The position numbers and the translations under genes are program-made. From a virus (Duplodnaviria; Caudoviricetes), in the IMG/VR virus record IMGVR_UViG_3300014204_000116, positions 64,001 to 128,000 of that record: DNA of 64,000 nt; one strand, written 5' to 3'. The notes beneath the pieces are model-generated. The model saw only the letters and a program-made list of their open reading frames with translations, was not told the DNA's origin and ran no database searches. Of the stretch, positions 28,601 to 37,058 are shown piece by piece. Within the stretch, counting starts at the first letter, position 1, and each line of letters starts with the position of its first letter.

Positions 28601-31600
28601 GTAGAAATTGGCCTAGCTTGCGCAGAAGGAGTTCTTCCGGCATTCGAAAAGAAATACCCCGGAGAACTTCGTCCCCGACAAGCGCTAGAAGCTTTAAGAA
28701 CTTGGCTTAAAGACCCATCGCCAGCTAATGCCCACGCTGTTAAGGCTGCTGCTCAGGCCGCTGACGCTGCTGCTCAATTGGCTGCTGTTGACGCTGCTAA
28801 AGCTGAGGACGCCGCTGAAGCTGCTGAAGCTGCGGGTGGTTACTACACCACAGATCACGATATTGACAGAGCTTCTTGGGCTGCCAATGCAGCAGCCAAT
28901 GCTGCCTGGATTATCGGTGTTGTTTATACAGCGCTTGATGCCATTGGCACTGTCTATTACGCCACTAAAGCAGGCCTTCCCCTCCAGCGTGCATTGGATA
29001 TTGTCAGAGGAGTGGGTGCGAAATACTTCTCGTTCTTAGGCCAGGGGCCGAGTGAAAAGGTGGCGGAAGCCCACGAAATGTTAGATCCTTCTGAGTTTGT
29101 TAAGTATTACCACCGGGGCAAATACAGGGAAGAGATTGGGGCTTGGAACGAAACTGACAATCCAGAGATTCTTGTTGCTGTTCTCCGGGCTCTCAATGTT
29201 CCGAAAGTGGCTTATGCAGAGATCAGCGTAGCACTCGCTGAAAAAGTTCTTCCTGTATTCGAGAAGAGGTATCCTAATGATCCTCGGCCTCGACAGGCGG
29301 TAGAAGCTGCCAAAACTTGGCTTGGAGCTAGAACAGTGGCCAATGCCGAGGCTGCGGAAAAAGCTATTGTCGCTGTCTATGCAATTGCTCACATAACCAG
29401 TGCTTCTGCTTCTGTTATTTTTTACGCTGCCCGAGTCGTTCGTAATGCCAAAACTGATCTGGGTGTTGGTAGCACTTCTGCTTATGTTGCCGCCTCTGAA
29501 GCTGCTGGCTACGCCGCTCACTATGCCGTTAAAGCAGGCATTTTCACACAGGAGGTCATAGGCATAATTAAGGAAGTGGGGCACAAGTATTTTTCATTTT
29601 TAGGCCAGGGAACAACCGAGGGCATGTCCGAAGCGATTGTAACAGGTTTGCTAGGTGAAACTTTAGATCCTTCTGAGTTTGTTAAGTCTTACACCCTGAG
29701 CAAATACCAGGTAGAGATTGAAGTTTGGAACAAAGCGTCTATTCCAAAAGATCTTACCGGCGTATTGCAACGTCTTAAAGCTCCCAAAGCTGCCTACGTA
29801 GAGTTTGGCATAGCCGTTGCCGAAGAAGTTCTATCGGTATTCGAGAAGAGGTATCCTAATGATCCTCGGCCTCGTCAGGCAATAGAGGCTGCCAAAACTT
29901 GGCTTAACGACCAAACGGAGGCTAATGCTCTTGCGGCTCGTGCTATTGCTCTTGCCGCTTCTGACGAAGATGTTTCTGATCGGCCTGCCTGCTCTGCTCA
30001 TGCTGCCGCTAATGTCGCTTGGTCTGCTGCCTCTTATTCTGCTTACATTATCTATTCCCTGTATGCTATGGCTGATGCAGCCAGGGTAGGCCTTCCCAGG
30101 CAGCGCATAATGGACATTGGCAGGGAAATAGGCCATAAATACTTTTCATTCTTAGGCCAGGGCACGGATGCAAATGTAACGGAAGCCCTCGATGCTTTAG
30201 ATCCTTCTGCATTCTTTCAATCCTACACGCTGGCCAAATACAAGAAGGACATTAAAGATTGGGGTAAAGCTACGACTTCAGAGGATTTTATCCGTGTCCT
30301 CCATAATATCAATGCTCCCAAGGCAGCTTTTGTAGAGATAGGAATAGCGTGCTCAGAAGAATTACTTCCGATGTTTGAGAAGAACCACCCAGGAAAGGAT
30401 CAACCTCGGAACGCGGTAGAAGCGGCCAAAGCTTGGCTCAAGAACCAGACAACAGCTAATGCCAAAGCTGCCCGTTTTGCAGCAGTTGAGGCTCGGGAAT
30501 TTGCTTCCGATAGCTGGGCGACTGATGCTATGGCTGCTTGTGTCGCTTCGGCTGCTTCTGAAGCCGCTGCTGCCGCTGCTCATGCTCCTACTCCTTCTGC
30601 TTCTGGCCCTAGCTACTCTGCTGTTGCTGCCGGGGGTTCTATCTACTATGCCATGAGGGTCGGTCTTTCTTCCCAGAGCGCAGCCAATATCGTTAAGGAA
30701 GTGGGAAAGAGATATATCTGGTTCTTGAACCAAGATGGGATAAGCAGCGTGGCTGAAACAGCCGTGGCCAACTTGCTGGACGAAGCCTTAGATCCTGCCG
30801 AGTTTGTTAAGTCCTACACCCTTGACAAATACAGCGATGAGATTGAAACGTGGAACAAAGCTACCACTACAACGGCTCTTATCAACGTATTGAAATCTCT
30901 TAAATCTCCTGGTGCAGCCTTCGTAGAGATTAGTGCAGCTCTCGCAGAAGAAGTCCTCCCGGTATTTGAAAAAGCGGCACCTAATGATCTCCGGCCTCGG
31001 AAAGCTGTAGAGGTCGCAAAAGACTGGCTTAAGGGCAGGGCAACAGGTGATGCCGATGCTCTCAGTGGCGCTGCTCTGGCCGCTTACGAGGTTCTTACCA
31101 GAGCTGCGACTGCGGCTTTTGATATTGAGTCTACCTGGGCCGCTGTTCAAGCCGCCGATCAGGCCGCTGCCGCTGCTCGGGCTGCTGCTTGGACCGCTAA
31201 CGTTGTAAGCAACAACAACATTAATGCCGATGCCAGGGACGTGGCTAACGTGGTTTTTTATTCTGTCAGGGCAGGCCTCCATAACCGGCACGTGATGAGC
31301 ATCGTCAAGAAGGTGGGCGAGAAATACTTTTCGTTCTTAAGCCGGGGCTCGAAAAAAAGGCAGCCAAAAGCCACTCCAGGCAAGTTGCCCGAAGATAACG
31401 CCGATCAGTCCATACTCTATCATTTGGCAGACGTGGCTAAGTATTCTGACAGGTGGCATGCTTACGTATTAAATTCTGCCGGGGAAAAGATCTATTTGAC
31501 GCCAGACAGCACGCTTACTAAAGATCCAATCCTGTGGACGACGCAACAGCGCGCGCGGGTGATAGGTAGCCATTACTGGCAAAGTGTACAGTGGGAGCGC

Positions 31601-31648
31601 GTTCCCTATGATATCGCAAAGTCCAGCGAAGAAAGTGGTGGGGTGTAA
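22685..31648 (+). CDS. Polyprotein (2987 aa) of 15 tandem Imm5-like units
   Basis: Unit heads E-x-L-D-P-x-E-F-V (with minor variants) at ~22811, 23396, 23966, 24503, 25091, 25658, 26237, 26807, 27395, 27908, 28460, 29075, 29657, 30191 and 30782. Each unit has the (D/E)-x-(R/K/Q)-P-R-x-A motif and a G..(Y/H)F.FL-like end. Short Cys/His N-terminus and a unique ~100-aa C-terminus. Confidence 0.92.
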   Translation: MKCRIKDCHGYVAPHATEESRVHDLCPAHSEGLLMTAEEVVDEALDPAEFVKSFTAAKYRDQIRRWDKASTVGEVIEILQHLRAPKRTYAEISIALAEKVLPVFEKEFPKDLRPRQAVEATKACLKDQTPAVVQAAVNAANGANDASIASTMHAAASNAASAASNAAWTGADGADGAGVGGAMWAAVDTANTAAYAINAGLTKQHALNIIQEIGEKYFSFLAQWVRNPKAEKVAEADETLDPAKFVKSYTTTKYKNEIERWNKVSTTGDALAILQFLRAPKVAYTEISITLAEEVLPKFEKKYPKDLRPRKAIEAAKAWTKSQTSANVQAATFAADAAYNASVATFANAAMAASNAALAASNAAAQAGADTTERAAINAANAAYNAISAGLTKQHALGVIKGIGEKYFSFLIRGWGKHTSEKVAEADETLDPAEFVQSFTVAKYKDEIERWTKSPTVGTLIGVLKAIKTSKAVFVEIGIAIAEEALSVFENKHPGDLQDLRPRKALEIAKAWLKDQTEANAQAAQHVAYEIYDAYVDYGTNAVAYAAQAAAYPKAAGSYVTYAASSAIKAGIPSQRLVDIIREIGHKHFGFLPQGSGETAAEPVVDEALDPSEFVQSYTTDKYKKEIKTWNKNSTPGSLIDVLKALKAPKTAYVEIGVILAEEVLPVFEKEFPKDLRPRKAIEATRAWLKDSSLVAGDVAAGAIKAADEIEAFNKGDSNFKVWNTHAKATHAAKVAAFAAWSAFASSNVGLAISSAHYATIDAIGAGLTSQHAMDVVREVGGRYFSFLTQGSSKKVTKAVVDEALDPAEFVQSYNLARHRKEIETWGKVYSPMALINVLHTLKAPQAAFVQISIALAEEALPKFEKKYPKDLRPRKAIEAAKAWLKDGTTANADAAEAAGKEAMAAVAMTNRSSSPYMASRAAARAAAQAAYITCVSPTSDHVYAYADATALHSGKAGVPKQRAMDIIREVGHAYFGFLAQGSSKKVAEADETLDSAEFVKSYTTTKYQKEIEAWNKATTPDALTSVLKSLKAPKAARVEISAALAGEVLSVFENTYPGDLRPRKAIKAAKAWLQDKTTANALLADAAADAADEAAWTAYYAACAAQADVDDGRPSCAAHAAWAAWSAAQTATYNVVNDAHDAANYALKAGLSNQRIMDIVKDIGEGYFSFLIPGQPGKVVEAGEALDPSEFVKSYHTSKYKNEIKAWGTATAPNTLIDILERLKASKNAYTAVSAALAEEVLPAFEKRYPADPRPRQAVEAAKDWLEGKIVNNANAAARAASAASDARATAYDRLPGVDRDADAAAYAAAYAAGSTTGSAYGAYNAVYYAVMAGLPQSRAVVIIKEVGEKYFSFLGRGPSEGVAEVIVTNLLDEVLDPAEFVRSYTTAKYQKEIAEWNKSTTPEALLYALKSLKAPREIFVEICLAFAEEALPIFESKFPEDLRPRKAIKATKAWLRNRTVENARKADRAAYASDEAASAAIKASAYAAVASAAAHAASRAAWSVNSAHDVFIGFVGNTTSAATCATEAGISNQRAMDIVREVGHRYFSFLDQGSTEGVAEAIVTNLLDETLDPAEFVKSYTTTKYQDEIEDWNRAITPKGLIDTLTTIRVPGAVFVEISIALAEKTLPAFERTHPKELKPRKTLEAAKAWLKNRTSANARVARAAADEVAIGISAANGARAAAWAAYGAAFPESASLFTAYAVGDAVHGGLTNGQVMDIVREIGHRYFSFLARGSGETNEALDPSEFVRSYNATKYREEIIDWTSTSTPKGLIFILKTLNAPKAAFVEIGIALAEEALPIFEKEFPEDLRPRKALEIAKAWLKDQTEANAQAAADAAAAASTTWWSSDATAYARNNAASAVYEVLWIVGTDTTSRVVATANVAYYATKAGLLPQRVFDVVRKIGEKYFSFLGPDTDVNVVEASEALDPAEFVQSYTLDKYRDKIEIWNKSTNEKDLLYVLRDIGAPKTAYVEIGLACAEGVLPAFEKKYPGELRPRQALEALRTWLKDPSPANAHAVKAAAQAADAAAQLAAVDAAKAEDAAEAAEAAGGYYTTDHDIDRASWAANAAANAAWIIGVVYTALDAIGTVYYATKAGLPLQRALDIVRGVGAKYFSFLGQGPSEKVAEAHEMLDPSEFVKYYHRGKYREEIGAWNETDNPEILVAVLRALNVPKVAYAEISVALAEKVLPVFEKRYPNDPRPRQAVEAAKTWLGARTVANAEAAEKAIVAVYAIAHITSASASVIFYAARVVRNAKTDLGVGSTSAYVAASEAAGYAAHYAVKAGIFTQEVIGIIKEVGHKYFSFLGQGTTEGMSEAIVTGLLGETLDPSEFVKSYTLSKYQVEIEVWNKASIPKDLTGVLQRLKAPKAAYVEFGIAVAEEVLSVFEKRYPNDPRPRQAIEAAKTWLNDQTEANALAARAIALAASDEDVSDRPACSAHAAANVAWSAASYSAYIIYSLYAMADAARVGLPRQRIMDIGREIGHKYFSFLGQGTDANVTEALDALDPSAFFQSYTLAKYKKDIKDWGKATTSEDFIRVLHNINAPKAAFVEIGIACSEELLPMFEKNHPGKDQPRNAVEAAKAWLKNQTTANAKAARFAAVEAREFASDSWATDAMAACVASAASEAAAAAAHAPTPSASGPSYSAVAAGGSIYYAMRVGLSSQSAANIVKEVGKRYIWFLNQDGISSVAETAVANLLDEALDPAEFVKSYTLDKYSDEIETWNKATTTTALINVLKSLKSPGAAFVEISAALAEEVLPVFEKAAPNDLRPRKAVEVAKDWLKGRATGDADALSGAALAAYEVLTRAATAAFDIESTWAAVQAADQAAAAARAAAWTANVVSNNNINADARDVANVVFYSVRAGLHNRHVMSIVKKVGEKYFSFLSRGSKKRQPKATPGKLPEDNADQSILYHLADVAKYSDRWHAYVLNSAGEKIYLTPDSTLTKDPILWTTQQRARVIGSHYWQSVQWERVPYDIAKSSEESGGV

Positions 31649-31651
31649 TTA
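31645..31651 (+). promoter_or_regulatory. GTAATTA element (candidate late promoter variant)
   Basis: 8 nt before ATG 31660. Confidence 0.45.
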
Positions 31652-31659
31652 GTATGCAG

Positions 31660-33219
31660 ATGAACGCGGAGCACATAGTAGGCACTTTGATCGGTGAAGG
31701 CGAGAGCGATGATTCCCGTCTTCTGCGCGATATTGCCAAGGTGGGGATGGATACACCCTGGCTGGCCGCGAGGAGAGCCTGGGATAATGCCGATCCACCG
31801 GATAAGGCCTGGACTGCCGTGTTTAACGCCATTGGATTTATCGGTGGCCGTGCTGATTACATGGCCGTCATGTTGAATCGCCTTGAGCGCGAGGCTCGCA
31901 CACGGGGTATAGATTTTGGGGAAATGTGGCCACAGGTTGATCTACACCTATCGGCTGCCTCTATTCCAACGGACATTCGAGACATAGTACATCGTATCTG
32001 GTTTGGAATGAAGCCAGGTGGCATCCGTGAGAGCGATGACATTTTTACAGACGTCGCCCGAGTTGGCGCGAGTTCTCCCTACGCCGTTGCAAGGCGGGCG
32101 TGGGATCGAGAGATAAGCTATGGCAGTGGTGAGAATCCCTGGCGGGCCGTGTTCTTTGTCCTCGGATACCGAAACGATCTGGCCCACGACATAGCTGACG
32201 AGTTTGTTACTGCTGCGGAGGATGTGGAGCAGCGTTCACAGGAAGAGGGCGTAGAGCCAGGCGCAGCACAAAGATACCGTGACGAGACGTGGGGGCAGGT
32301 GCTGGAAGGAGAGCTTGCGCTGTTGCAGATGAAGCCCGCCGAAATGGACGCGATACACAGGCTTTGGAATAACCTGAATTTAGGCACGCGCCGGGAGATA
32401 CCCGAATCTGACGACATCCAGGCGGATGTGGTTAAGGCTGCCCTAAATTCGCCTGACGCTATTGTGCGTCGTGCATGGAGAAAGGGAATGAGCGCGAAGG
32501 AGGCCACTACCAGTGACTATGACTTGCCAAAGAACTATTTTGGGTGGTTCGAAGTGATCAAAGCGCTCGGCCATACTAATTCCACGGTGGCCCTACAGCT
32601 CGCCCGATTGCAAAAATTGGATGTAAAAGGGCGCGCCTCATGGATGGACGCTTATCACTGGCTCCAAGGCATCGTTCCAACACCGGCTTATATGCAAGCT
32701 CTTCAGCGCCTGTACAATGGCACCCTGTCAGAGAGTGAAGAGATCCCCGAACCTGACGAGGATATCATGCGGGATATATCGAGGCTCGCCATGAATCCGG
32801 TCCATGCAATTATCGATGCCATAAAGCGGGGCATCTCTTACAGCCGGACATTTCCGCACACGGGTGACTATACCTGGGATCTGGAGGTTAAGGTTGAGAA
32901 ACCTGACATGATAGATCAAATGCCCGATATGCCTCGGATGATCATTATTAGGGCTAAGCAATATGTAGGGGATGGGCCGGTGAGCCAAGCTGCTGTGGGT
33001 GGCTATTTTTGGATGAAGGCTGATTGGGCTGATGCCCTAAAAACCCCTCTTACCAGTCTTATAAAGGCGGCAGGCAGGGGCCATCTTTTTGGTAACAGGG
33101 TCATGAAAGCCTACGAAGAGTGTACTAGCGTTCGGTATACCCGCCCGATCAAGTATGGAAAAGGTGGAAGGGCACAGAAAAATATCTACGGTCAGGGAAT
33201 CTACGCCTACTACCGCTAA
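31660..33219 (+). CDS. Modular putative head protein with three related internal repeats
   Basis: N-terminal HIVGTLIGE; modules ESDD...DIAKVG..TP..AARRAW, ESDD..DVARVG.SSP..VARRAW and ESDD..DVVKAA.NSP..IVRRAW, then a fourth acidic-headed module. Alternative start 31654. Confidence 0.75.
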   Translation: MNAEHIVGTLIGEGESDDSRLLRDIAKVGMDTPWLAARRAWDNADPPDKAWTAVFNAIGFIGGRADYMAVMLNRLEREARTRGIDFGEMWPQVDLHLSAASIPTDIRDIVHRIWFGMKPGGIRESDDIFTDVARVGASSPYAVARRAWDREISYGSGENPWRAVFFVLGYRNDLAHDIADEFVTAAEDVEQRSQEEGVEPGAAQRYRDETWGQVLEGELALLQMKPAEMDAIHRLWNNLNLGTRREIPESDDIQADVVKAALNSPDAIVRRAWRKGMSAKEATTSDYDLPKNYFGWFEVIKALGHTNSTVALQLARLQKLDVKGRASWMDAYHWLQGIVPTPAYMQALQRLYNGTLSESEEIPEPDEDIMRDISRLAMNPVHAIIDAIKRGISYSRTFPHTGDYTWDLEVKVEKPDMIDQMPDMPRMIIIRAKQYVGDGPVSQAAVGGYFWMKADWADALKTPLTSLIKAAGRGHLFGNRVMKAYEECTSVRYTRPIKYGKGGRAQKNIYGQGIYAYYR

Positions 33220-33231
33220 AGGGGCCGATCT

Positions 33232-33281
33232 ACAAATAATTTAAGATTCTTGTTGACGCCGAGTCTGCGCTCTGCTAAAGT
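33232..33281 (+). promoter_or_regulatory. Sigma70-type promoter TTGACG-N17-TAAAGT with AT-rich upstream element
   Basis: ATG 33288 is 6 nt after the -10; the upstream 24 nt nearly match those at 35112. Confidence 0.7.
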
Positions 33282-33287
33282 CGGCGC

Positions 33288-35124
33288 ATGAAAGAAACGT
33301 GCACAAGGACAGTAGAGCTTAAGCTCGTTCAGGAACGTCCGAGTCGTTATACCTGGGGCAAAGTTACGGCCATCCACACCATTGGGCCATACTCGATAAT
33401 CGAATTTCAACAGTGGACGGTCAGGGGCTGCACTGTTAATGTAGGCGAGACTGACTTCCGACCTTCGGCTGCTCGATTCGATCCTTACTACAACGGCAAG
33501 CGCATGGGCGCGTGCTGGCGCACGCTGGAACACGCCCTTCTGCACCTGATATCCTACCGTGCCACGAGCAGCACGGGCGAGCAGGCTGTCGAATTCGCGG
33601 CTCGCGTTCTTAATCTCCGCTTGCCTTAAATTCTATGGACACGTCTAAAAGTGCAATCCCCATGGATATCAGTGAACCAAGCGGTATGGCAGCGGCTGTC
33701 GAGTGGCAGCGCAGGCATCTTAGCACGCTCAAAGAAGGTGCCACCTGGGTTATTCCACGCAGTGGCACTATCCTGAGGGTCAGCCACGAAGCGAAAACGA
33801 TCACGTGCCTGATCAGTTTGCTGCCTGATCCGAGCCTGGAACTCGTCACAAAAGCCATGGGATGGAAGTTCATCAACAGTTAACCTCAACACCATAATAT
33901 CGAAAAACATGAATAAGCCCTTTACATCTTGTCAGCGCCGTAGTATTCTTCGCCTTGTCAACAGCCTGGAGCGCGAGCTTCAGTCGTCGCACAACTTCGA
34001 CATCCGGGGTAGTGTCAAGCCAGTCTTGCGGGGTGTCTTGCAGGACAGGCGGATGAGCCCGGCACGGAGCAGAACTCGCCGTTAAAACATGAAAATAGAC
34101 AGCGTGGTTAGCCTTATCCGATTATGAATGAATGGATTGTATACCAACCGTTGCGGACGCGCGAAAAAGCGTTTCACGACATTAAACTGCGAGATGGCGC
34201 AGTAATCGAATGCTGCTGGCCCAACGCCGACGCCTGGACGCCGATGGACGGCAAACACTCGGGCAAGTCCATCAAGGACTATCGGGTCACCCACATCCGG
34301 CGCTGTGAGCACCCGATGGACAGGGATGCCTTGCTCCTCAATAAAGGTGATCGCGTCAGGGTTTGTAACAACCCTCTGTGCGGCCATAACGGTGGGATCA
34401 CCGGCACCGTGGACATCATTGGCTACTTCGTGGATTCGTCAGAGCCCAACACTCGGATGGCGACTGTGATGAAAGATGGTGGTGGAATGGTCGGCCCGTT
34501 CCGGCTTAACGAATTGACCCGCATAACTGAAATCGCTCCGGCTACTGGGGTGTAATCTACAGGCATTATGGAAAAGAAAGCTAAAATTTGGGTAACGAAG
34601 TATGCACTGACCAAGGGCATACTGGAGATCGAGGAGGCTATCCTGGATGAAAGTAATCCTCGCGTAGCAAAGTACACCGACGCGCGTGGATACCTGATCT
34701 TTTACTACGGCGATGACTGGCACTTGAGCCTGGAAGCGGCCATTTGCCACGCGCGTGCAATGCTCGAAAAGTCCATCGCAAATCTTAAGCGCAGGGTACT
34801 CAGGTTGTCCAAACTGTCTCAGTTGTCTGAGGGGCAGTTCAAAGTGATGAAGCACCCGTAAGCATGCACCACAGCTTAGTGTGCCCGGCCTGCGGAAAGG
34901 CTCAATTCTTTGAGTTTGGGGATGCTGAGAAGGTCTGCCAATACGAGGGCTGCGTGGGCAACGTCATCAAGATCGTCTACAACGAGGCGCTGCTCCGGCA
35001 GGTGATATCGGATCTCCAGGCTGAGGTAAAACGTCTTCAGCCTGCGCCCAGGCGAACGGGGCGGAAGCCACCCGAGATCCAAAGGGTTAACGGAGGGTGG
35101 GTCGTGGTTCCACAAATAACTTAA
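33288..35124 (+). other. Cluster of small hypothetical genes (33288-33629, 33635-33883, 34124-34555, 34568-34861, 34864-35124)
   Basis: Closely spaced + strand ORFs after a promoter. Confidence 0.6.
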
Positions 35125-35161
35125 GATTTTTGTTGCAATCAACTGCCAGCTATGCCATACT
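35112..35161 (+). promoter_or_regulatory. Sigma70-type promoter TTGCAA-N17-CATACT
   Basis: Extended -10 TG; ATG 35169 7 nt downstream. Confidence 0.65.
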
Positions 35162-35168
35162 GCCACTC

Positions 35169-36377
35169 ATGAATATGAAGACATTGCGAGTTTCAACCGA
35201 AGTCAGGGCTGCCATCCGTAACTCTTTGATCAGGGTCGGGCAGGTTTTTCCGCCCAAGCACCCGATCAGCAAAGAGGCCTATGCCGAGTATAAGAGGGTC
35301 ATGGAAATCCTCGAAGGCACCTGGGTAACAGGCAAGAATTATTTCGATTTTCCTTTCCACGTTCAATTGCACAGGGTGCTTAAAAGGGTGGTGACAACCG
35401 GTGAGGTTCCTCTTCGGGTTCAGACCTACCAGGAGTTTTTAACTCCCACCGATTTGGCAGATAAAATGGCGGCATTGGCTATCGGACAACTCGCTTCCAT
35501 TGATCTCATTCACCCTAACAAGGCTATGGTCCTGGAACCGAGCGCGGGTCGCGGTGCTATTATCGATGCCTTGCTGAGGCGTTCTGAGATCCCCTGGAAC
35601 TGGGAAATAAACGCTGTCGAAATTCAAGGGAGAAACGCCCGCGCTATCACGGATGACCCCCGAGTCTATGTCGTCAATGGTGATTTTTTGGATCAAAGAC
35701 CTGCATGCGGTCGATATGATGCCGTGCTGATGAATCCTCCCTTCGCCCGCAATGCGTGGTTGCTCCACCTGGAGCATGCCATCAAGTTCCTGGGAAAGAA
35801 CGGCTTCCTTATCGCCGTCGTGCCGAGCACCGCGAATTTGCCTGCGCTTACTTTCATCGAGGACAAGTCTAACGTTTGCATCATACCCGTCCCACAGTTC
35901 TCGTTCGAGGGGACCAATGCCAAGGTTAGCATTCTGACCGTAGGCATCAAGCCGGATATCGCCGCGTGCTATTTCAGCGTGCCGAAGGAGGTTACTGAAT
36001 TCAACGCGCCAGATCCCAAAACTCCAAGCCGCTACATCAAGTCCATCCGTAATCACCTTGTCAAAGCACTCTCGGAATTGGCTGCTCTGGAGGATGAGCT
36101 GAGGTCCAAGGAGGAAGAGCTGCCGAATGGCCGGATAGACTTCAAAAAGGCGATATCGAATATTTTCTCGCTTTACGGAGAGGCAGTTAAGAAAGGGGGC
36201 AAGCTGCCCAAAGATCAGGTGCAGGCGCTGATGAGCGATTTGTTCGCGATCTATCGGAGGGAAACGGGTGAGCCCAGTGCGAATGTGGTTAAATTGCGCA
36301 CGCTCTGCAAATGGGCCGTTACGCGAGGGCTCACTACCGACGACGAGGCTGTGCAGTTGATGGCAGCCTATGACTAG
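35169..36377 (+). CDS. SAM-dependent amino (N6A/N4C-type) methyltransferase, probably acting on DNA
   Basis: Motif I VLEPSAGRGAI, GDFL, motif IV MNPPF, and EFLTP upstream. Confidence 0.85.
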   Translation: MNMKTLRVSTEVRAAIRNSLIRVGQVFPPKHPISKEAYAEYKRVMEILEGTWVTGKNYFDFPFHVQLHRVLKRVVTTGEVPLRVQTYQEFLTPTDLADKMAALAIGQLASIDLIHPNKAMVLEPSAGRGAIIDALLRRSEIPWNWEINAVEIQGRNARAITDDPRVYVVNGDFLDQRPACGRYDAVLMNPPFARNAWLLHLEHAIKFLGKNGFLIAVVPSTANLPALTFIEDKSNVCIIPVPQFSFEGTNAKVSILTVGIKPDIAACYFSVPKEVTEFNAPDPKTPSRYIKSIRNHLVKALSELAALEDELRSKEEELPNGRIDFKKAISNIFSLYGEAVKKGGKLPKDQVQALMSDLFAIYRRETGEPSANVVKLRTLCKWAVTRGLTTDDEAVQLMAAYD

Positions 36378-36645
36378 GGATTATTTTGTCTACATTTTGG
36401 AGTGTCGCGATGGCACCCTTTACACGGGCATCACGACAGACGTGAATCGGCGGGTGCAGGAGCACAACACGTCCAGGCGCGGGGCAAGATACACCCGTTA
36501 CCGCCGACCGGTTAAGCTGCTATGGAACAGCCAGGCCGTGGATCTGTCTTCTGCCTTGCGTGCAGAGGCGGGTATCAAGAAGAAAACAAGAGCACAAAAA
36601 TTAGAGCATATCACGAATTATGAAAAAAGCGTTTACACTGATTGA
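36370..36645 (+). CDS. GIY-YIG nuclease family protein (short UPF0213 type)
   Basis: YFVYILECRDGTLYTGITTDVNRRVQEHN...GARYTR.RRPVKL...ALRAEAGIKK. Confidence 0.9.
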   Translation: MTRDYFVYILECRDGTLYTGITTDVNRRVQEHNTSRRGARYTRYRRPVKLLWNSQAVDLSSALRAEAGIKKKTRAQKLEHITNYEKSVYTD

Positions 36646-37045
36646 GCTGTTGATAGCCATCGTAATTGTCGTAATCTTCTGCGCCCTTATGGTGCCCATC
36701 TTCGGAGGGGGTAATGTATCGGACGGTGCCCGCGTGGGATGCGTCGGCAAGTTCGCCAACAAAGGTGTCATGGTAAAGTCCTGGGAGGGCGAGCTGATCA
36801 TGGGAGGCACCAAGGGATCTTCAGACGGGGATGGTGGCCTGTCCCTGGTCGCCAATGTGTGGGAATTCACCGTTATGGACAACGGGATCGCGGAGCAGAT
36901 CAATATGCTTCTGGACACCGGCCACCGGGCCAAGTTTTTCTACCACCAGTCGTTTTTCTACAACCCCTTTGTTCGTGATACCGCCTATACCGTGTGGAAG
37001 GTTGAAGACCTGCAACCGACTAATTCCCTCCGGCACGGATTTTAG
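36620..37045 (+). CDS. Membrane protein with a prepilin-type N-terminal cleavage/methylation motif
   Basis: MKKAFTLIELLIAIVIV followed by KGVMVKSWEGEL...WEFTV. Confidence 0.75.
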   Translation: MKKAFTLIELLIAIVIVVIFCALMVPIFGGGNVSDGARVGCVGKFANKGVMVKSWEGELIMGGTKGSSDGDGGLSLVANVWEFTVMDNGIAEQINMLLDTGHRAKFFYHQSFFYNPFVRDTAYTVWKVEDLQPTNSLRHGF

Positions 37046-37058
37046 ATGAAAGGCTGCC

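Noticed and set aside
9743-31648. Diversity-generating retroelement as the source of variation
   Set aside because: There is no reverse transcriptase in the window and I found no template/variable pair differing only at adenines; the variation includes indels and all bases. A DGR elsewhere in the genome cannot be excluded.
35169-36645. Methyltransferase plus GIY-YIG as a restriction-modification pair or mobile homing endonuclease
   Set aside because: The nuclease is the short stand-alone UPF0213 type with no DNA-binding extension or intron context; adjacency alone is weak evidence.
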